A DNA stretch of 64,000 bases, taken from positions 930,001 to 994,000 of the forward strand of contig JASVEC010000017.1 in the NCBI GenBank assembly GCA_030770535.1, written 5' to 3'. Below the pieces are notes generated by a model that worked only from the letters and a program-made list of their open reading frames with translations, made no database searches and was not told the origin of the DNA. Position 1 is the first letter of the stretch. Each line of letters begins with the position of its first letter. A program made the position numbers and the translations under genes. The stretch comes from Batkoa obscura (Eukaryota). Of this stretch, positions 62,377 to 64,000 are shown one piece after another.

Positions 62377-62671
62377 CTTTTTTGGTTGATTTGTTTTTAA
62401 AAAAAAGTTGCTTTTGAATTAGAAAATGAGCTTTTAACAAATTTTTATTACAGCTTTAAGAGCAACTCTAATTCTATACTAACTAAGCTGCAACTTTTTA
62501 AGCTTTTAAAACCAATCAAATTCCATTAATTTAAAAAATTCCAACTTACTTTGGTTTCATTTGATCCTTAAATTTTGCATTAAATAGTAGGCAACGTAAT
62601 CAAATGAATAGAAAATAAAAACAACATTCAACCAAGCTTTCAAAATTTTAATTAAAATAAAAGGATAAAAG

Positions 62672-63757
62672 ATGAGTCGAAGTGCAGGATATGACCGCCA
62701 TATTACTATCTTTTCTCCAGAAGGGAGACTTTATCAAGTTGGTAAATATCCAATTAATGATAGAAATATAATAATAAAATTTATAATCTACGAATACTTA
62801 TTAACATTTCTCCTTGATTTAGAATATGCTTTTAAAGCTATAGCTAATTCTAATATGACTTCAGTAGCTATTCGTGGTAAAGATAGTGCCGTTATTATAA
62901 CTCAAAAAAAAATACCTGTAAGTTATAAAAAAATCATAAAGCTTTTAATAGATTATTTATATTGATCCATTTCCTTTAGGATAAGCTTATGGATCCTTCT
63001 TCTGTTACTCATATCTTTCAAATTACACCAACTATTGGTTGTGTTATGACTGGATTAATAGGTAAGTTGAATACTTTTCACTAGGGGATTAGGCAATGAG
63101 CTATTATTTATTTTATTTAATAGCTGATGCTCGGGCACAAATAACTCAGGCACGTCAGGAAGCTGCTAATTTTCGTTATAAGTTTGGATATGAAATAAGT
63201 CCAGATTTATTAGCTAAACGTATGGCTAGTAAAAATCAAATTTATACACAACATGCTTATATGAGACCATTAGGTGTTTGTAAGTTTTTTAGTTTTTCAT
63301 TTAATAGTTTTATAATGATGGAAGTTAATTAAATATTTTTTTAAAACAATAAGCAATGATGATCGTTGGTATGGATGAAGAACTTGGTCCCCAGCTTTTT
63401 AAAGTCGATCCAGCTGGTTATTATATAGCTTATAAAGCAAGTGGTGCTGGTACTAAACAACAAGATGTGATTAATTATTTGGAAAAAAAATTAAAAAAAG
63501 AGAAAGAACTTAATGAAGAAGAAACTATTGAGGTAAGGCAATTCTATTATTTAGATACATTTATTGATTAACTGATTAAATTATTTTTCTTTTCTTTTTT
63601 TTAGTTGGCTATCAATACCTTATCTTCCGTTTTAGCTATCGATTTTAAAGCTAATGAAATTGAAATTGGGGTGGCTGATAAAAGTAGCAAGAAATTTCAT
63701 GTGTTATCTACTGAAGAAATTACTGAGCATTTACAACGTATGGCTGAAAAGGATTAG
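62672..63757 (+). CDS. SCL1: 20S proteasome subunit alpha-1 (PSMA6), multi-exon
   Basis: [64 protein letters not shown]. Confidence 0.97.
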
Positions 63758-64000
63758 TGCTATTTTTTTGAGAATTTGAATCATATCAAATAAATTTTTA
63801 TTAAAAAAGAATATGAAGTTTTTTTATTTTAATTTAATGAGAATTCATAGCATTTCTTTTTAAAAAATTCAGGACTATTTTCTGCAGAAAATAAGGAGTA
63901 TTTGTAAAAAAAATAGGCGAATTTACTCAAATCTAATCTTAACTTTATAAACACTAATGTCGAACTATAATCGTAAAGAATTACCCTCTGTGCAGTAATG

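Overview
AT-rich eukaryotic genomic DNA with short (~45-60 bp) GT-AG introns. The gene set (Zn2Cys6 TF, Kar3, Vam7, Pat1, Npr2, Rpn10, Scl1) points to a fungus, probably an early-diverging lineage; that assignment is inference. About 20 protein-coding genes are supported: VDAC, condensin Brn1/CAP-H, a Zn2Cys6 TF, an ENPP phosphodiesterase, kinesin-14, a TBC/GRAM Rab-GAP, a coiled-coil/TM protein, a secreted GlpQ-type GDPD, two tandem catechol O-methyltransferases, a secreted 3D-domain protein, two F-box/LRR proteins, Pat1, Vam7, a possible CENP-U, a VPS9 GEF, Npr2, Rpn10 and proteasome alpha1. Mobile DNA comprises 12 copies of a ~98-bp MITE with 4-bp TSDs and a decayed Sola-like transposase bracketed by two inverted LTR-like units. 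The main leads are: (1) an intact 781-aa gene derived from a DD34E IS630/Tc1-mariner transposase, with the first catalytic Asp replaced by His, tandem HTH-like repeats, SIM-like motifs and a decayed tandem paralog; (2) a secreted protein with a bacterial-type 3D domain; (3) the MITE family next to its probable autonomous partner. All calls come from reading the sequence by eye, with no database search, and exon boundaries are approximate.
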